Below are positions 1 to 8,665 of a stretch of 64,000 bases of DNA, piece by piece. The number at the start of each line of letters is the position of its first letter. The stretch's first letter is position 1. A program made the translations under genes and the position numbers. This stretch comes from Chloroflexota bacterium (GTDB lineage Bacteria > Chloroflexota > Dehalococcoidia > Bin125). Where the stretch lies: assembly GCA_003228175.2 (NCBI GenBank), contig QGNQ01000008.1, positions 1,354 to 65,353 on the forward strand, read 5' to 3'. The notes under the pieces were generated by a model. The model was given only the letters and a program-made list of their open reading frames with translations, was not told the DNA's origin and did not search any database.

Positions 1-679
1 GCGCCCGCTCGGCCCGCAGCGCCGTGCTCGTCGGCGCATGATCGACGGCGGCGAGTACCGCGACCGTGGCCGCATCATCGTCACGCACTTGCAGCGCGAT
101 CACCCCCTGTCCCGGTGAGGGCAGCATGAGATCGATGGGCAGGGATTCAGCCACGAGCTCGGCGCGGCCGAGCCGCTCTAGGCCGGCTGCCGCAAGGATG
201 ACCGCGTCGTAATCCCCATCGCTGAGCTTGCGCAGGCGCGTATCCACGTTGCCGCGAATCTCGGCCGGGACCACGTCGGGCCGGGCCGCGAGCAGCTGCG
301 CCACCCGACGGCGGCTGCCCGTCCCCACCCGCGCGCCCGGCGCAAGCCCGGCCAGGCTCGATCCGACCAGCACGTCCCGCACGTCCGCGCGCGGCAGCGT
401 GGCGCCGACCGTCGTGCCGGGCAGCAGCTCGCCGGGCATATCCTTCGCGCTGTGTACGGCCACGTCGACGCGACCTTCGACCAACGCCTGCTCGATCTCG
501 CGCACGAAGACGCCCTGGCCACCGATCTCAAGTAGCGACGCCGAGAGGTTACGATCCCCGGTGGTGTGAATCACGAGCGGTTCGGAATCGACCCCCGCGG
601 CCGACAGCGCCTCGGCGACGAGCTCCGTCTGGCGGCGGGCGAGCGCGCTGCCACGCGTACCCAAGCGCAGCGGCGGCAC
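1..679 (-). CDS. hemC: Porphobilinogen deaminase (hydroxymethylbilane synthase), 3' end cut by window edge
   Basis: Own translation of minus strand from GTG at 679: VPPLRLGTRGSALARRQTELV..HTTGDRN..GGQGVFVREIEQALVEGRVDVAVHSAKDMP..GNVDTRLRKL. Absent from ORF track because no stop lies in the window. Start abuts the hemA stop (681). Confidence 0.85.
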   Translation of the reverse strand, partial: MPPLRLGTRGSALARRQTELVAEALSAAGVDSEPLVIHTTGDRNLSASLLEIGGQGVFVREIEQALVEGRVDVAVHSAKDMPGELLPGTTVGATLPRADVRDVLVGSSLAGLAPGARVGTGSRRRVAQLLAARPDVVPAEIRGNVDTRLRKLSDGDYDAVILAAAGLERLGRAELVAESLPIDLMLPSPGQGVIALQVRDDDAATVAVLAAVDHAPTSTALRAERA

Positions 680-680
680 C

Positions 681-1931
681 TCAGTCGTCCTCGACGCCGA
701 AGACACGCCGCATCAGTTCGCTGGCGGACTCTGCATCGTCGGCGTCGCGTAGGTAGAGGAGGGGCTCGTGCAGCAGCTTCTTGACGATCGCGGCGCTCAT
801 CTTGTCGAGCTTCTCACGGCCCGCCGCATCCAGCCGCAGATCGCGGGCGGTTCGCTCGACCTCCAGCTGCCGGACATCGGCGGCGCGCTCCACGATGGCC
901 TTGATCGTCGGCGCGGCGCGACGGCCGTCCAACCAGGCGTCGTATGCCAGCGCGGCGCCCGACACGATCGCGCCTACATCCCCGGTGGCCTGCTGCCGCC
1001 GCTCCAGATTCGCGGCCGAGAGGCCCTGCAGATCGTCGAGATCGAAGACCCGAACGTCGTCACATTCGCTCACCCGCGGGTCGACGTCGCGCGGCACCGC
1101 GACGTCGATGAAGGTGCGGGGCGCGATCCGGATCGCGCGGGCCTGTTCCAAAAGCTCCGGCCCGATCAGGAAGCCCGGCGCGCTGCTCGACGTGACGATC
1201 AAGTCCGCTGCCGCCACCGCCGACGCCAGTTGCTCGAAGGGGACGGGGCAAGCGCCCAGGTACTCGGCCAGACCCTCGGCGCGCTCGCGCGTGCGGCTGG
1301 TGACCGTGATCTGCTGGACACCACGGTCGCGCAGCGCCCGAGCGGCGAGCACCCCGGCCGCGCCCGCACCAACCACCAGCGCACGGCAGTCCGGCAGCGA
1401 CGGAACATGCTCGCGCGCCAGATCCACCGCGGCGCTGCTGACCGACACGGCGTACCGGCCGATCGGCGTCTCGCTACGCGCGCGCTTGCCCGTGCGCAGC
1501 GCCTCATGGAGCAGCCGCGAGAGCGCCGCGTCGAGCGACTTCGCTTCCGCGGCAATACTGAGGGCCTCGCGGACCTGACCCAGGATTTGCCCCTCGCCCA
1601 GGATCATCGAGTCGACTCCCGACGCCACGCTGAACAGGTGCTGTGGAACCTGCGAACCTTCCAGGCAGTAGAAGTCCGGCACGTCCTCCGGAAAGGTCAG
1701 ACCCTTGAACGCCGCCAACTCTCGCACCAACTCTTGGGCCGGAACTTCTGCGGCCCTATGGCCGGTGTGGACGTAGACCTCGGTCCGATTGCAGGTCGCC
1801 AGGACCACCCCATTGCCGTACAACGCCCGGTACCGCGCCAGCAGGGCCGGCACCTCGTCGCGCCGCAGGGCGACACGCTCCCGATCATCGAGACGCGCCG
1901 TGCGATGGCTCACACCAGCGGCGATCAGCAT
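681..1931 (-). CDS. hemA: Glutamyl-tRNA reductase
   Basis: 416-aa ORF; N-terminal VVLATCNRTEVYV motif, NADPH-binding LVVGAGAAG, typical HemA length and hem-operon context. Confidence 0.93.
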   Translation of the reverse strand: MLIAAGVSHRTARLDDRERVALRRDEVPALLARYRALYGNGVVLATCNRTEVYVHTGHRAAEVPAQELVRELAAFKGLTFPEDVPDFYCLEGSQVPQHLFSVASGVDSMILGEGQILGQVREALSIAAEAKSLDAALSRLLHEALRTGKRARSETPIGRYAVSVSSAAVDLAREHVPSLPDCRALVVGAGAAGVLAARALRDRGVQQITVTSRTRERAEGLAEYLGACPVPFEQLASAVAAADLIVTSSSAPGFLIGPELLEQARAIRIAPRTFIDVAVPRDVDPRVSECDDVRVFDLDDLQGLSAANLERRQQATGDVGAIVSGAALAYDAWLDGRRAAPTIKAIVERAADVRQLEVERTARDLRLDAAGREKLDKMSAAIVKKLLHEPLLYLRDADDAESASELMRRVFGVEDD

Positions 1932-2644
1932 CCCCCAGAACCCCCTCCGGCGGCGGCGCCCTCACGCGCCTGGCTCGCCGCGAAGTCCGCCGGCGGCTGC
2001 GCCGCCAGCGGCGCCCCCAGCCGCGCCAGCAGCAGCGCCTTGGCTTGACCGATGCGTCGCTGCGCCAGCAGGGCGCGCAGATTGCCGTCAATCGCGCGCT
2101 GCCACGTCTCCTGGCTGATCTGCGGCAGCACGCCCTTGGCCCGAAGCTCCGCCCGCACCTCCGCGAGCAACTCGGCCAGCGGAATAAAATCTTCGCTGAA
2201 GTAGTCCGTCAACTCCTCGCGCACCCGCCGCGCCATGGCCGGGCTGCCGCCGCCGGTGGAGATCGCGATCGTGATCGGCCCCTGCCGCACGACGCTGGGC
2301 AGGATGTAGTCGCAATTCGCGGGGTCGTCCGCCGCGTTCACCCAGATGCCCCGCCGCTTGCCCTCTGCGCGGATACTCGCGTTGGCGCTGCGGTCATCCG
2401 TCGCGATAAAGACCATCTCGAAGCCCACCATGTCGCCCTCGGCGTAGGCGCGACGAATGTGCGCGATCCGACCGGCGTCGGCAGCCGCCTGCAGGTCGGC
2501 GACCAGCTCTGGGCTAATCACGGTCAGCTGCGACGCCTCCGCCGCCAGCAGGACGGTCGTCTTCTCCAGCCCCACGTTGCCACCACCGATGACCAGGATC
2601 GGCCGCTGCTGCACGTCGACGAAGATCGGGAAATACGGCCCCAT
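1925..2644 (-). CDS. Precorrin-2 dehydrogenase / sirohydrochlorin ferrochelatase (siroheme synthase N-terminal-domain type, SirC/Met8-like)
   Basis: 239 aa; PILVIGGGNVGLEK Rossmann motif, ..VFIATDD..WVNAADDP..CDYILPSVV..ITIAISTGGGSPAMARRVREEL; overlaps hemA start by 7 nt. Confidence 0.8.
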   Translation of the reverse strand: MGPYFPIFVDVQQRPILVIGGGNVGLEKTTVLLAAEASQLTVISPELVADLQAAADAGRIAHIRRAYAEGDMVGFEMVFIATDDRSANASIRAEGKRRGIWVNAADDPANCDYILPSVVRQGPITIAISTGGGSPAMARRVREELTDYFSEDFIPLAELLAEVRAELRAKGVLPQISQETWQRAIDGNLRALLAQRRIGQAKALLLARLGAPLAAQPPADFAASQAREGAAAGGGSGGC

Positions 2645-3363
2645 TACTCGCGAGCCCCCGTCACGGCGTCGGTTGGTTCGTAGGCATCCAGTGCAGCAGC
2701 CTCCAGTGCAGAAGCGCCCAGTTCAGAAGCGCCCGGTTCATACGCAGACGTGAGACCCACCAGCAACTGATCCTCCAGCACCGCGACGCGCTCCCACAGC
2801 CCAGAGGTCGCCGCGGCGCTGAGCCCGTGGCTGCCGCTGTACGCGCGCACGGCCTCATCCATGCCGCGCCGGAAATAGGCGAACGCCGAGACCGCGTCCG
2901 AGAGGCGGATACCCTCTCGCCGAAGCACGGCCGCGTATCGAGCGCCCAGCGCTCCGGCCGCCTCTTCAAGCGCCTCACCATCCGCACCCTGGCCCAGGTA
3001 TCGCTCCACCAGCCCCACCGTCTGGCGTCCCAGCTGCGCGAGCTGCGCCCGGCCGCCATCGGAGATCTTGTCGAGCCAGCGGCGCTGCGCCCCGTCCGCC
3101 TCTCGCAGCCGCGCGCGGATACGCTCCAACGCCTGCCCGTCAAACGCGGGGCCGTCGACCAAGTCCTCACCGGCTGCGTCGATAATCCGGCGCAGGTCCG
3201 CGGCCGCGAACCGCCGATGCCCGCCCGGCGTGCGGAACGTCTGCACCAGACCCGCGTCCGCCCAGCGACGCAGGGTGGACTCGTTCACGCCCAGCACACG
3301 GCTGGCCTCGCCCAGGCCAAGCCATTCGGAGTCGGTGCGTCGCTGGGTGTGAAAAGTCGCCAC
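2644..3363 (-). CDS. HTH DNA-binding protein (MerR/excisionase-type helix-turn-helix) with C-terminal helical sensor-like domain
   Basis: LGLGEASRVLGVNESTLRRWADAGLVQTFRTPGGHRRF at N-terminus. Stop TAA overlaps the start of the downstream sirC-like gene (TAATG at 2642-2646). Confidence 0.6.
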   Translation of the reverse strand: MATFHTQRRTDSEWLGLGEASRVLGVNESTLRRWADAGLVQTFRTPGGHRRFAAADLRRIIDAAGEDLVDGPAFDGQALERIRARLREADGAQRRWLDKISDGGRAQLAQLGRQTVGLVERYLGQGADGEALEEAAGALGARYAAVLRREGIRLSDAVSAFAYFRRGMDEAVRAYSGSHGLSAAATSGLWERVAVLEDQLLVGLTSAYEPGASELGASALEAAALDAYEPTDAVTGARE

Positions 3364-3397
3364 GGGCTCGAACCTCGCCGACCGGTCCGCGCGGACT

Positions 3398-3416
3398 CAA
3401 ATCTGTGCAAATCTGT
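3398..3416. repeat. Tandem direct repeat CAAATCTGT-g-CAAATCTGT in leader of the HTH/hem operon
   Basis: Read directly: 3398-3406 and 3408-3416 identical, in a locally AT-rich intergenic region. Confidence 0.8.
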
Positions 3417-3438
3417 CTAAAGCTGCGCGAACATGGCG

Positions 3439-3467
3439 ATTCTATGCAAGTCGCCCGATTCGGACAA
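3439..3467 (-). promoter_or_regulatory. Candidate sigma70-type promoter for the HTH-sirC-hemA-hemC operon (TTGTCC-N17-TAGAAT on minus strand)
   Basis: Plus-strand ggacaa 3462-3467 (-35) and attcta 3439-3444 (-10), with a 17-nt spacer; about 75 nt upstream of the start at 3363. Confidence 0.35.
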
Positions 3468-3520
3468 TGCCCTAGTTGGACAATCACCGGCTCGACGCTC
3501 ACACTCCGCACGGTGAAAGA

Positions 3521-3540
3521 GCGCACGGCGAAAAGTGCGC
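3521..3540 (-). terminator. Candidate hairpin terminator after ribH
   Basis: GCGCAC-8 nt-GTGCGC stem-loop 10 nt downstream of the ribH stop, followed on the minus strand by TCTTTC; short stem, weak U tract. Confidence 0.3.
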
Positions 3541-3549
3541 GGCGACCTC

Positions 3550-4041
3550 TCAGCCGCCGCGAATCTCGACCAGCGTGCGTGCGACCTGGATGGCGGCTTC
3601 GGCCGCTTCTTCCCCTTTGTTGCCCGCGGAGCCGCCGGCGCGGGCCTGAGCCAGCTCCAAGGTCGGCGTCGCAAGCACCTCGAAAATGCAGGGCACGCCC
3701 GTCTGCAGCGACACATCGGCGATACCGCGCGCCGCCTCCTCGGCAACGAGCTGGTAGTGGTCGGTCTCGCCGCGAATCACGGCGCCCAGGCAGATCACGG
3801 CGTCGAAGCGGTCGGTTTCGGCGCAAGTCTGCGCGATCAGGGGAATCTCGAACGCGCCGGGCGCCCAGTACACGTCCACATCGGCGGCGGCCGCCCCGTG
3901 TGCAATCAGCGTGCGCTCTGCACCCGCAAGCAGGACCTCGGTGATGTCCTGATTGAAGCGCGCGACGACGATCGCGAAGCGCAGCCCGGCCGCGTCGCTT
4001 TCGGACCCGGGCTCGGTCGGGCGGGGAGCAGGGCCGGCCAT
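3550..4041 (-). CDS. ribH: 6,7-dimethyl-8-ribityllumazine synthase
   Basis: 163 aa; FAIVVARFNQDITEVLLAGA..VYWAPGAFEIP..DAVICLGAVIRGETDHY..VPCIFEVLAT. Confidence 0.93.
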   Translation of the reverse strand: MAGPAPRPTEPGSESDAAGLRFAIVVARFNQDITEVLLAGAERTLIAHGAAAADVDVYWAPGAFEIPLIAQTCAETDRFDAVICLGAVIRGETDHYQLVAEEAARGIADVSLQTGVPCIFEVLATPTLELAQARAGGSAGNKGEEAAEAAIQVARTLVEIRGG

Positions 4042-4042
4042 C

Positions 4043-5596
4043 TCAGGCGCCCTTGCGCCCGCGCGGGGCCGCCCGCTCTGCGGAACGCTTCGCCTTCGCG
4101 GCGCCCGCCTGCGTCCGCGGCGAGTCGCCGTTATCGTCCGTGAGCAGGTGCCCCATCTTTTCCTGTTTCGTGGCCAGATATTCCACGTTGTACGGGTTCA
4201 CCGGCGCGATCACCGGGACCCGCTCCACCACCTCCAGACCATAGGCGGAGAGCCCATGGCGCTTGGACGGATTGTTGGTCAGCAGTCGAATCTGGCTGAT
4301 TCCAAGGTCGCGCAGAATCTGCATCCCCACCCCGTAGTCGCGCCGGTCGGCGGCGAAGCCCAGGGCAAGATTCGCCTCCACCGTGTCCAGCCCCTTGTCC
4401 TGCAACGCATACGCGCGCAGCTTGTTGTGCAAGCCGATGCCGCGCCCCTCCTGCTGCATGTAGACGAACGCGCCTCGACCCTCACGGCCGATCTGCTCCA
4501 GGGCAATGTCCATCTGCGCGCCGCAGTCGCAGCGCAGCGAGGAGAAGACATCGCCCGTGACGCATTGCGAGTGCACCCGGACCAGCGCCGGCTCCGCCGA
4601 CGCGACATCGCCCATGACCAACGCAACGTGCTCTTCGTCCTGCCCCGGCACTTTGTAGCCAATAATCCGAAACGTCCCGAAGCGCGTCGGCAGGTTCGCT
4701 TCCGTGATCCGCTCGACCAACTGCTCCGTGCGCAGTCGGTAGCGAATGATCTGCTCGACGCTGATCATCGGAATGTCGTGCCGCTTGCCGAACCGAGTCA
4801 GCTCCCGCAGCCGCGCCATGGTGCCGTCGGCCTTCATGATCTCGCAAATCACCGCGCCGGGCAGCAACCCCGACAGCCGGCACAGGTCCACGCTCGCCTC
4901 CGTCTGCCCGGCCCGCACCAGCACGCCACCGTCGCGCGCGCGCAGCGGGAACATATGGCCCGGCGAGACGAGATCCGCCGATGTGCTCTCCGGATCGATC
5001 AGCACGTGCACCGTGCGCGCCCGGTCCCCCGCCGAGATCCCCGTGCTCACACCGGAGCGCGCCTCCACCGACACGGTGAACGCCGTCCCCAGCGGAGCCG
5101 TGTTGCGATTGACCATCATGGGCAAGCTCAACCGATCGACGCGCTGGCTGGAAAGCGCCGTGCAGATCAGCCCGCGTCCGTACTTGGCCATGAAGTTAAT
5201 GTCGTCCGGCGTCGTGAACTGCGCCGGCAGGCAGAGATCGCCCTCGTTCTCGCGATCCTCATCGTCGGTGATGATCACGCAGCGACCGGCCTGAAACTTA
5301 GCGATCGCTCGCTCCACCGTGGCGAAGGGGCTCTTCTGCGCCGGACCCGACGCGCGCGACTTGGACGCCTTCTTCCTCGTAGCCCCCGCCCTTTTGGCGG
5401 CGCCTGGCTTCTTGGCGGCGCCTGGCTTCTTGGCGGCGCCTGGCTTCTTGGCGGCGCCTGGCTTCTTGGCGGCGACAGCCTTTTTGGCGGCGGCGGCTCG
5501 CTTCTTGGCGGCGGGAGCCGGCTTCTTCGCAGCGGCGACCCGGCTCGGCTTCTTCGTCGTGCTGGCCACAGGTCCTGCTTTCCGTTGGACGCTCAT
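4043..5596 (-). CDS. ribBA: Bifunctional 3,4-dihydroxy-2-butanone-4-phosphate synthase / GTP cyclohydrolase II with a Lys/Ala/Pro-rich N-terminal extension of about 95 aa
   Basis: [11 protein letters not shown] (DHBP synthase) and ..[26 protein letters not shown] (GCH II). The ATG overlaps the ribE stop (ATGA at 5593-5596), which supports the long form. Confidence 0.9.
   Translation of the reverse strand: MSVQRKAGPVASTTKKPSRVAAAKKPAPAAKKRAAAAKKAVAAKKPGAAKKPGAAKKPGAAKKPGAAKRAGATRKKASKSRASGPAQKSPFATVERAIAKFQAGRCVIITDDEDRENEGDLCLPAQFTTPDDINFMAKYGRGLICTALSSQRVDRLSLPMMVNRNTAPLGTAFTVSVEARSGVSTGISAGDRARTVHVLIDPESTSADLVSPGHMFPLRARDGGVLVRAGQTEASVDLCRLSGLLPGAVICEIMKADGTMARLRELTRFGKRHDIPMISVEQIIRYRLRTEQLVERITEANLPTRFGTFRIIGYKVPGQDEEHVALVMGDVASAEPALVRVHSQCVTGDVFSSLRCDCGAQMDIALEQIGREGRGAFVYMQQEGRGIGLHNKLRAYALQDKGLDTVEANLALGFAADRRDYGVGMQILRDLGISQIRLLTNNPSKRHGLSAYGLEVVERVPVIAPVNPYNVEYLATKQEKMGHLLTDDNGDSPRTQAGAAKAKRSAERAAPRGRKGA
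5394..5474. repeat. Perfect 18-bp tandem repeat x4 plus a partial copy, inside the ribBA 5' region; encodes (KKPGAA)n
   Basis: ttggcggcgcctggcttc at 5394, 5412, 5430 and 5448 (identical), partial copy to 5474. Confidence 0.9.
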
Positions 5597-6189
5597 GTTG
5601 CCGCACTCTCCGACCGAGCGGCGAGCAACTCATCGACATAGCGAGCCAGGATGTCCGTCTCCAGGTTGATCTCGTCACCGGGCGCGCGCTCGGTGAGATT
5701 CGTGTGCTCCTGCGTGTATTGCACCAGCGACACCGCGAAGCTCGTCGCGTCCTTGTCGACGATCGTCAGGCTGGCGCCATCGATCGCAATCGGCCCCTTC
5801 ACCACCATGAAGCGCAGCAACTCCGGCGGCGTCGTATAGCGGGCGATGATCGCATCCGCCTCCGCGGTCAGCGAATGCAACCGGCCCGTGCCCTCCACGA
5901 CGCCCCGCACAATATGGCCGCTGAGGCGATCGCTGGGCCGCACCGAGCGCTCCAAGTTGACGCGATCCCCCGCCACCAGATTGCGCAGGTTGCTGCGCCG
6001 GTAGGTCTCCGGCATGACGTTGGCGAAGAACGATCCAGCGTCCATCTGCGCGACCGTCAGATCGACGCCGTTGATGGCGATGCTGTCCCCCAACTGCGCG
6101 TCTTCCAGCACGATCTGCGCCTGAATGCGCAGAATGCCCTCGCCCGCCTCTTGGACCGCGCCGACTTCTTCAATGATGCCCGTAAACAC
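5593..6189 (-). CDS. ribE: Riboflavin synthase alpha chain
   Basis: [23 protein letters not shown]..; 198 aa; internal duplication typical of RibE. Confidence 0.93.
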   Translation of the reverse strand: MFTGIIEEVGAVQEAGEGILRIQAQIVLEDAQLGDSIAINGVDLTVAQMDAGSFFANVMPETYRRSNLRNLVAGDRVNLERSVRPSDRLSGHIVRGVVEGTGRLHSLTAEADAIIARYTTPPELLRFMVVKGPIAIDGASLTIVDKDATSFAVSLVQYTQEHTNLTERAPGDEINLETDILARYVDELLAARSESAAT

Positions 6190-6226
6190 CCGGACCTCTT
6201 CTCTGCACTTCCTGACCGTACGGGCG

Positions 6227-7942
6227 CTAGTCGCGCCGTGTCAGATCGTCCCGGCTCGTCACCTCTTTGATCAGCACCACGGTCTCGATCAGCGGCCCCG
6301 TCGACACACCGCTGTGTCCACCGCCGCCCCCGGCGAGGCTGGGGAGCAAGCTCCCACGTCGATAGTACCGATACCCGCGCGACGCCCAATCGGCGCGTGT
6401 CCACCCTTGTGTTTCCGTCTCCGAGCGCAGGGGCGCGATCGCCCAGCGCCGCCCGCTCCCGGCCACGGAGGCCTCGGCGGTATCCAGCAGGCGTTCCGCC
6501 AGGCCGTGGTCGCGCCAGGGCGGCGCGACCAGCAGGTGATCGAGCTGCGCACGCGAGTCTTCCGCACCCGCGCCAAACGTGGCCCAAGCCCCACCTTCGG
6601 TATCCAGGCTGGCGCTCACCCCACCGACAATCGCCCCCGCCGCGACCGCGACCCAGGCCGCGCCCCCAGTGCTAGACCCGGCGGTCGCCGCGAACGACGC
6701 CGCGATCATCTCCCGCGCTGCTGCGTTCTCAGCCAGCGCCGCCAGCGCGGACGCGTCCGCAGGGGTCGCCCGGCGCACGCTTGCCGGGTCGATCGGAGCG
6801 GGCGGCGCCGGCCGACCGCTGACCAGCAGGTCCCGGCCCAGCCACGCAACCCGCACGTCGCGCAGGCGCGTCGCGTCGGCCATGCGGGTCGCGCCCGCGC
6901 CTGCGACCGCGTTCGCCGCCGCACCGCCGATCACGCTCGGCGCGACCACCGCGTACACCTGCTGCACGAGCTGCGCATCGAAGAACGCCCCGTGCACACG
7001 ACCGCCCCCCTCGACGATCAGCGAAACGACGCCCTCCTGCCCCAACCAGTCCAGCATCGCCCCCAGGTCGACGCGGCCTGCCGTATCGGCTGCTACCTCC
7101 GCGACGCGCGCACCGCGCGCCTCAATCGCAGCGCGCCAAGAGTCCGCCGAGTCCGCCGTGCAGCAGATCACCGTTCGCGCGACGTCTTGATCGTCCAGCA
7201 CCCGCGCCGACGGAGGGGTACGGCCATGGCTGTCCAGGACGACGCGCAGCGGCTGGCGAAGATCGGCGCCCGCCCCTTCCAGCCGCGCTGTCAGTTGGGG
7301 ATCGTCCAGCAGCACGGTCTCCACCCCCACCAGGATGGCGTCGTGCTGAACGCGCAACCGGTGCGACCAGGCGCGCGCCTCGGGACCGCTCACCCAGCGC
7401 GCATCGCCGCTGGTCGCAGCGATCTTGCCGTCCAGCGAGGCCGCCCACTTCGCGATGACCAACGGGCGACCGCTGCGCCGATGCTGAGCGTACGCCCGGT
7501 AGTGTTCTGCGGCCGCCGCCGATCCGTCGCCGCCGCGCACTTCCACGCCGGCCGCGCGAAGCTGCGCCAGGCCACTGCCATCGACCCGCGGGTCTGGGTC
7601 ACCGAACGCGACCACCACCTCGCTCACCCCGGCCGCCAGGATCGCATCGGTGCAGGGCGGCGTGCGGCCATAGATGGAGCACGGCTCCAGCGTCACGAAC
7701 AGCGTCGCACCGCGCGCCGCGTCCCCGGCCGCGCGCAACGCCGCCACCTCCGCGTGGGCGCCGCCCGGCGGCGCAGTCGCCCCCTCACCAACCACGCGCC
7801 CGTCCTTCACGAGCACCGCCCCTACGGCCGGATTGGGGCTGGTCCTGCCCAGCGCGCCGCGCGCCAACGCGAGCGCGCGCGCCATGTGTCGCGACAACCC
7901 CTCCTCGCCGGGGCGGCTCGCAGGCAGCGTGGAGTCGCTCAC
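6227..7942 (-). CDS. ribD: Diaminohydroxyphosphoribosylaminopyrimidine deaminase / 5-amino-6-(5-phosphoribosylamino)uracil reductase fused to a C-terminal GNAT-like domain
   Basis: SPNPAVGAVLV..HAEVAAL..TLEPCSIYGRTPPC (deaminase) and KWAASLDGKIA (reductase). The C-terminal 185 aa or so contain HLLVAPPWRDHGLAERLL (GNAT motif A-like). Start chosen at GTG 7942 (GTGA overlap with the dcd stop); ATG 7885 is the alternative. The ORF-track start at 8068 overlaps dcd and is rejected. Confidence 0.85.
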   Translation of the reverse strand: MSDSTLPASRPGEEGLSRHMARALALARGALGRTSPNPAVGAVLVKDGRVVGEGATAPPGGAHAEVAALRAAGDAARGATLFVTLEPCSIYGRTPPCTDAILAAGVSEVVVAFGDPDPRVDGSGLAQLRAAGVEVRGGDGSAAAAEHYRAYAQHRRSGRPLVIAKWAASLDGKIAATSGDARWVSGPEARAWSHRLRVQHDAILVGVETVLLDDPQLTARLEGAGADLRQPLRVVLDSHGRTPPSARVLDDQDVARTVICCTADSADSWRAAIEARGARVAEVAADTAGRVDLGAMLDWLGQEGVVSLIVEGGGRVHGAFFDAQLVQQVYAVVAPSVIGGAAANAVAGAGATRMADATRLRDVRVAWLGRDLLVSGRPAPPAPIDPASVRRATPADASALAALAENAAAREMIAASFAATAGSSTGGAAWVAVAAGAIVGGVSASLDTEGGAWATFGAGAEDSRAQLDHLLVAPPWRDHGLAERLLDTAEASVAGSGRRWAIAPLRSETETQGWTRADWASRGYRYYRRGSLLPSLAGGGGGHSGVSTGPLIETVVLIKEVTSRDDLTRRD

Positions 7943-8517
7943 CAATCGTCCGCCTCCTCCCAGATCCGACTCGTCAGCGCCGCGTCCTGGCCGGCGTACT
8001 TGTCGGTTGGGCCGGTCCCATAAGGGCGCTCGACAGGCGAGCTCAGCGTCTGAAAGGTGAAGGCGCAAACGCGCATGCCGGGATACAGCGCGACGGGCAT
8101 CACGCCCAGGTTGCCCAGCTCCATCGTCGCGTGGCCGTCCCAGCCCGCGTGAAACAGGCTGGCCGTGCTGTGCACGATGATGCCCAGCCGCCCCAGGCTG
8201 CTACGACCCTCCAGCCGCGCGACCAGATCCGTGCCCAGCCGCAACCGTTCCAGGGTCGTCGCAAGCACCAGCTCCTGCGGGTGCACGATGAAGCGATCGC
8301 CGGGCTCCAAATCGACGCGCCGCGTGGCCTCCTCTGCTGTCACGGGATCGCGCGGATCGATGTACGGCTGCTTGTTGCGCTCGAAGATCAGGAAGCTCGA
8401 CCCCAGACGCAGATCGATCGAGTCAGGCCCAATCCGTGCGTCCAGGCCGTCGTCCGGATCGATGCCGATGCGGCCCTCGGCCAGCGCCGCGCGGATGTCG
8501 CGATCGGAGAGCAGCAC
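7939..8517 (-). CDS. dcd: dCTP deaminase
   Basis: (M)LLSDRDIRAALAEGRIGIDP..IDLRLG..ATTLERL..LEGRSSLGRLGIIVH; start set at GTG 8517, giving the canonical N-terminus. Confidence 0.9.
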   Translation of the reverse strand: MLLSDRDIRAALAEGRIGIDPDDGLDARIGPDSIDLRLGSSFLIFERNKQPYIDPRDPVTAEEATRRVDLEPGDRFIVHPQELVLATTLERLRLGTDLVARLEGRSSLGRLGIIVHSTASLFHAGWDGHATMELGNLGVMPVALYPGMRVCAFTFQTLSSPVERPYGTGPTDKYAGQDAALTSRIWEEADDW

Positions 8518-8665
8518 GCAAGGCCTCCTGTGGCACGACCGGGCCAGGCGCGGTGCGCCTCTGACCGGACGACCATGCACTGATCATGGCACGCGCAGGG
8601 CCCGCCGCGAGCTACCCGGGTGGGCGACCTTCGCAAACCGGAGCACGACGACACAGGCAACAGGA

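Noticed and set aside
3953-5641. 562-aa plus-strand ORF antisense to ribBA. Similar long antisense ORFs: 768..2048, 6125..8023, 8670..10154, 8584..9531, 29280..30551, 36763..38118, 40342..41706, 54448..56247, 61714..62871.
   Set aside because: They are Arg/Ala/Pro/Gly-rich low-information translations lying opposite genes with clear family motifs. These are typical GC-rich shadow ORFs, with no recognisable domains.
8518-8665. FMN (RFN) riboswitch upstream of the dcd-rib operon.
   Set aside because: I read the minus strand and did not find the conserved RFN sequence blocks. I cannot exclude a divergent element without a covariance-model search.
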